Below are positions 6,947-10,503 of a DNA stretch of 10,503 bases, one piece after another. Each line of letters opens with the position of its first letter. Position 1 is the stretch's first letter. The position numbers were made by a program, and so were the translations under genes. The stretch is from IMG/VR virus record IMGVR_UViG_2698536312_000003. One strand, 5' to 3'. Below the pieces are notes generated by a model. The model was not told the origin of the DNA and did no database searches. It worked only from the letters and a program-made list of their open reading frames with translations. Source of the DNA: a virus (taxonomy: Duplodnaviria; Heunggongvirae; Uroviricota; Caudoviricetes).

Positions 6947-7690
6947 ATGACAGAGACAGAATCAGCGATTCTGGCGCACGCCCGGCGATGTGCTCCAGCG
7001 GAGTCGTGCGGCTTCGTGGTAAGAACGCCGGAGGGGGAAAGATATTTCCCCTGCGTGAATATCTCCGGTGAGCCGGAGGCGTATTTCCGTATGTCGCCGG
7101 AAGACTGGCTGCAGGCAGAGATGCAGGGTGAGATTGTGGCACTGGTCCACAGCCACCCCGGTGGTCTGCCCTGGCTGAGTGAGGCCGACCGGCGGCTGCA
7201 GGTGCAGAGTGATTTGCCGTGGTGGCTGGTCTGCCGGGGGGCGATTCACAAGTTCCGCTGTGTGCCACATCTTACCGGGCGGCGCTTTGAGCACGGGGTG
7301 ACGGACTGTTACACGCTGTTCCGGGATGCTTACCATCTGGCGGGGATTGAGATGCCGGATTTTCATCGTGAGGATGACTGGTGGCGTCACGGTCAGAATC
7401 TCTATCTGGATAATCTGGAGGCCACAGGGCTGTATCAGGTGCCGTTGTCAGCGGCGCAGCCGGGCGATGTGCTGCTGTGCTGTTTTGGTTCATCGGTGCC
7501 GAATCATGCCGCCATTTACTGTGGTGACGGCGAGCTGCTGCACCATATTCCTGAACAACTGAGCAAACGAGAGAGGTACACCGACAAATGGCAGCGACGC
7601 ACACACTCCCTCTGGCGTCACCGGGCATGGCACGCATCTGCCTTTACGGGGATTTGCAACGATTTGGCCGCCGCATCGACCTTCGTGTGA
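6947..7690 (+). CDS. K: tail assembly protein K (NlpC/P60-family, lambda-type)
   Basis: 247-aa ORF, full length, ending ...RHRAWHASAFTGICNDLAAASTFV as in lambda gpK; conserved Cys/His context (GVTDCYTLFRDAYH, VPNHAAIYCGDG). Confidence 0.92.
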   Translation: MTETESAILAHARRCAPAESCGFVVRTPEGERYFPCVNISGEPEAYFRMSPEDWLQAEMQGEIVALVHSHPGGLPWLSEADRRLQVQSDLPWWLVCRGAIHKFRCVPHLTGRRFEHGVTDCYTLFRDAYHLAGIEMPDFHREDDWWRHGQNLYLDNLEATGLYQVPLSAAQPGDVLLCCFGSSVPNHAAIYCGDGELLHHIPEQLSKRERYTDKWQRRTHSLWRHRAWHASAFTGICNDLAAASTFV

Positions 7691-8259
7691 AAACGGGTGC
7701 CGAAGCCATCCGGGCGATGGCCACACAGCTCCCTGCGTTTCGTCAGAAGCTGAGCGACGGCTGGTATCAGGTGCGTATTGCCGGGCAGGATGTTAGCACG
7801 TCCGGATTAACGGCGCAGTTACATGAGGCTCTGCCTGACGGCGCTGTGATTCATATTGTTCCCAGAGTCGCCGGGGCCAAGTCAGGTGGTGTATTCCAGA
7901 TTGTCCTGGGAGCAGCCGCCATTGCCGGATCATTCTTTACCGCCGGAGCCACCCTTGCAGCATGGGGGGCTGCCATTGGTGCCGGTGGTATGACCGGCAT
8001 TCTGTTTTCTCTCGGTGCCAGTATGGTGCTCGGCGGTGTGGCTCAGATGCTGGCACCGAAAGCCAGAACTCCCCGCACACAGACAACGGATAACGGTAAG
8101 CAGAACACCTATTTCTCCTCACTGGATAACATGGTTGCCCAGGGCAATGTTATGCCTGTTCTGTATGGTGAAATGCGCGTGGGGTCACGTGTGGTATCTC
8201 AGGAGATCAGCACGGCAGACGAAGGGGACGGTGGTCAGGTTGTGGTGATTGGTCGCTGA
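7588..8259 (+). CDS. I: tail assembly protein I (lambda-type)
   Basis: 223-aa ORF MAATHTLPLASPGMARICLYGDLQRFGRRIDLRVKTGAEAIRAMATQLPAFRQKLSDGWYQVRIAG..., matching recalled lambda gpI; start lies inside the 3' end of K (103-bp overlap), as in lambda. Confidence 0.92.
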   Translation: MAATHTLPLASPGMARICLYGDLQRFGRRIDLRVKTGAEAIRAMATQLPAFRQKLSDGWYQVRIAGQDVSTSGLTAQLHEALPDGAVIHIVPRVAGAKSGGVFQIVLGAAAIAGSFFTAGATLAAWGAAIGAGGMTGILFSLGASMVLGGVAQMLAPKARTPRTQTTDNGKQNTYFSSLDNMVAQGNVMPVLYGEMRVGSRVVSQEISTADEGDGGQVVVIGR

Positions 8260-8319
8260 TGCAAAATGTTTTATGTGAAATCGCCTCCGGGCGGTTTTAT
8301 CGTTTATGGAGCATGACGA

Positions 8320-10503
8320 ATGGGTAAAGGCAGCAGTAAGGGGCATACCCCGCGCGAAGCGAAGGACAACCTGAAGTCCACGCAGCTGCTGAGTGTGATC
8401 GATGCCATCAGCGAAGGGCCGGTTGAAGGTCCGGTGGATGGATTAAAAAGCGTGCTGCTGAACAGTACGCCGGTGCTGGACAGTGAGGGGAATACCAACA
8501 TCTCCGGCGTCACGGTGGTGTTCCGGGCAGGTGAGCAGGAGCAGTCACCGCCGGAGGGATTTGAATCCTCCGGCTCCGAGACGGTGCTGGGTACGGAAGT
8601 GAAATATGACACGCCGATCACCCGGACCATCACGTCGGCAAACATTGACCGACTGCGTTTTACCTTCGGTGTACAGGCACTGGTGGAAACCACCTCAAAG
8701 GGAGACAGGAATCCGTCTGAAGTTCGCCTGCTGGTTCAGATACAGCGTAACGGTGGCTGGGTGACGGAAAAAGACATCACCATTAAGGGCAAAACCACCT
8801 CGCAGTATCTGGCCTCGGTGGTGGTGGATAACCTGCCGCCGCGCCCGTTTAATATCCGGATGCGCAGAATGACGCCGGACAGCACCACAGACCAGCTGCA
8901 GAACAAAACGCTCTGGTCGTCATACACCGAAATCATCGATGTGAAACAGTGCTACCCGAACACGGCACTGGTCGGCGTACAGGTGGATTCGGAGCAGTTC
9001 GGCAGCCAGCAGGTGAGCCGTAATTATCATCTTCGCGGGCGCATTCTGCAGGTGCCGTCGAACTATAACCCGCAGACGCGGCAATACAGCGGTATCTGGG
9101 ACGGAACGTTAAAACCGGCATACAGCAACAACATGGCCTGGTGTCTGTGGGATATGCTGACCCATCCGCGCTATGGCATGGGGAAACGTCTTGGTGCGGC
9201 AGATGTGGATAAATGGGCGCTGTATGTCATCGGCCAGTACTGTGACCAGTCGGTGCCGGACGGCTTTGGCAGCACGGAGCCGCGCATCACCTGTAATGCC
9301 TGGCTGACCACACAGCGCAAGGCGTGGGATGTGCTCAGTGATTTCTGCTCGGCGATGCGCTGTATGCCGGTATGGAACGGGCAGACGCTGACGTTCGTGC
9401 AGGACCGACAGTCGGATAAGGTGTGGGCCTATAACCGCAGTAATGTGGTGATGCCGGATGATGGCGCGCCGTTCCGCTACAGTTTCAGCGCCCTGAAAGA
9501 CCGCCATAATGCCGTTGAGGTGAACTGGATTGACCCGGATAACGGCTGGGAGACGGCGACAGAGCTTGTGGAGGATACGCAGGCCATTGTCCGTTACGGT
9601 CGTAACGTCACGAAGATGGATGCCTTTGGCTGTACCAGCCGGGGGCAGGCACACCGCGCCGGGCTGTGGCTGATTAAAACGGAACTGCTGGAGACGCAGA
9701 CCGTGGATTTCAGCGTGGGTGCTGAAGGGCTTCGTCATGTACCGGGCGATGTCATTGAAATCTGCGATGATGACTATGCCGGTATCCGCACCGGCGGGCG
9801 CGTGCTGGCGGTGAACAGCCAGACCCGGACGCTGACGCTCGACCGTGAAATCACGCTGCCATCCTCCGGCACCACGCTGATAAGCCTGGTTGACGGGCAG
9901 GGGAATCCGGTCAGCGTGGAGGTCCAGTCCGTCACCGACGGCGTGAAGGTAAAAGTGAGCCGTGTTCCTGACGGTGTTGCTGAATACAGCGTGTGGGGGC
10001 TGAAGCTGCCGACGCTGCACCAGCGATTGTTCCGCTGCGTGAGTATCCGTGAGAACGACGACGGCACGTATGCCATCACCGCCGTGCAGCATGTGCCGGA
10101 AAAAGAAGCCATCGTGGATAACGGGGCGCACTTTGACGGCGACCAGAGCGGCACGGTGAATGGTGTCACGCCGCCAGCGGTGCAGCACCTGACTGCCGAA
10201 GTCACCGCAGACAGCGGGGAATATCAGGTGCTGGCGCGCTGGGACACGCCGAAGGTGGTGAAGGGCGTGAGCTTCCTGCTCCGTCTGACCGTAACAGCGG
10301 ATGACGGCAGTGAGCGGCTGGTCAGCACGGCCCGGACGACGGAAACCACTTACCGCTTCACACAACTGGCGCTGGGGAACTACAGGCTGACAGTCCGGGC
10401 AGTAAATGCGTGGGGGCAGCAGGGCGATCCGGCGTCGGTATCGTTCCGGATTGCCGCACCGGCAGCGCTGTCGCGGATTGAGCTGACGCCGGGCTATTTT
10501 CAG
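8320..10503 (+). CDS. J: host specificity / central tail fiber protein J, 5' part (partial, continues beyond window end)
   Basis: Open frame from ATG 8320 (MGKGSSKGHTPREAKDNLKSTQLLSVIDAISEGPVEGPVDGLKSVLLNSTPVLDSEGNTNISGVTVVFRAGEQEQ...) to the window end with no stop, matching the recalled lambda gpJ N-terminal region; GGAG 8308-8311 upstream. It is absent from the ORF track only because it has no stop in the window. Confidence 0.93.
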   Translation, partial: MGKGSSKGHTPREAKDNLKSTQLLSVIDAISEGPVEGPVDGLKSVLLNSTPVLDSEGNTNISGVTVVFRAGEQEQSPPEGFESSGSETVLGTEVKYDTPITRTITSANIDRLRFTFGVQALVETTSKGDRNPSEVRLLVQIQRNGGWVTEKDITIKGKTTSQYLASVVVDNLPPRPFNIRMRRMTPDSTTDQLQNKTLWSSYTEIIDVKQCYPNTALVGVQVDSEQFGSQQVSRNYHLRGRILQVPSNYNPQTRQYSGIWDGTLKPAYSNNMAWCLWDMLTHPRYGMGKRLGAADVDKWALYVIGQYCDQSVPDGFGSTEPRITCNAWLTTQRKAWDVLSDFCSAMRCMPVWNGQTLTFVQDRQSDKVWAYNRSNVVMPDDGAPFRYSFSALKDRHNAVEVNWIDPDNGWETATELVEDTQAIVRYGRNVTKMDAFGCTSRGQAHRAGLWLIKTELLETQTVDFSVGAEGLRHVPGDVIEICDDDYAGIRTGGRVLAVNSQTRTLTLDREITLPSSGTTLISLVDGQGNPVSVEVQSVTDGVKVKVSRVPDGVAEYSVWGLKLPTLHQRLFRCVSIRENDDGTYAITAVQHVPEKEAIVDNGAHFDGDQSGTVNGVTPPAVQHLTAEVTADSGEYQVLARWDTPKVVKGVSFLLRLTVTADDGSERLVSTARTTETTYRFTQLALGNYRLTVRAVNAWGQQGDPASVSFRIAAPAALSRIELTPGYFQ

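Larger units (their letters stand above)
3351..7632 (+). repeat. heterologous tandem direct repeat of the tail module (H 3' end-M-L-K-I start), two units of about 2.1 kb
   Basis: Unit 1 about 3351-5497, unit 2 about 5498-7632, offset 2134-2135 bp. Perfectly identical stretches: 4169-4254 = 6303-6388 (86 bp), 5052-5197 = 7187-7332 (146 bp), 5399-5497 = 7534-7632 (99 bp). The H-3' and M parts are much more divergent. Confidence 0.85.

Noticed and set aside
6525-7268. 247-aa minus-strand ORF (and its near-duplicate 4160..4813 and 4801..5133 in unit 1)
   Set aside because: Antisense to L/K and L'/K'; it recurs in both units only because the underlying L and K sequences are duplicated. Pro/Ala/Arg-rich translation typical of a spurious antisense frame.
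8282-8298. Small hairpin (cgcc-tccg-ggcg) plus T-run in the I-J intergenic spacer
   Set aside because: Only a 4-bp stem; too weak to call a terminator. It may be an mRNA structural element but the support is insufficient.
9109-10365. 418-aa minus-strand ORF
   Set aside because: Lies entirely antisense to the strongly supported J gene; long antisense ORFs are common in GC-rich coding sequence. Arg/His/Pro-rich low-complexity translation with no recognisable family.
1-10503. Search for a novel defence or cargo system, CRISPR array, tRNA/rRNA, IS element or att site
   Set aside because: Every substantial ORF is explained by lambda-type tail genes; there are no short spaced repeats, tRNA-like structures, inverted-repeat-bounded transposase genes or non-phage cargo. 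The unusual content is structural (duplication, junction, frameshift), not a new gene system.

Overview
This window is the tail-morphogenesis region of a lambda-like (lambdoid) prophage or phage, all on the + strand, in the lambda gene order V(3' end)-G-T-H-M-L-K-I-J(5' part). It is not a simple lambda copy: a first module (G, T, a ~980-codon tape-measure gene split by a frameshift, divergent M', L', K') is followed directly by a second, more lambda-like module (last ~139 codons of H, then M, L, K, I, J). The two modules meet at a sharp junction near 5498, where the first 15 codons of an I-type gene are fused in frame to the tape-measure 3' fragment and the 3' end of K' is replaced. The result is a ~2.1-kb heterologous tandem repeat with long perfectly identical stretches inside L and K. 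I found no RNA genes, CRISPR arrays, IS elements or non-phage cargo. Protein identifications rest on recalled similarity to phage lambda tail proteins and on gene order, not on a database search. The structure could be a genuine recombinant prophage or an assembly chimera of two lambdoid prophages; I cannot tell which from the sequence alone.
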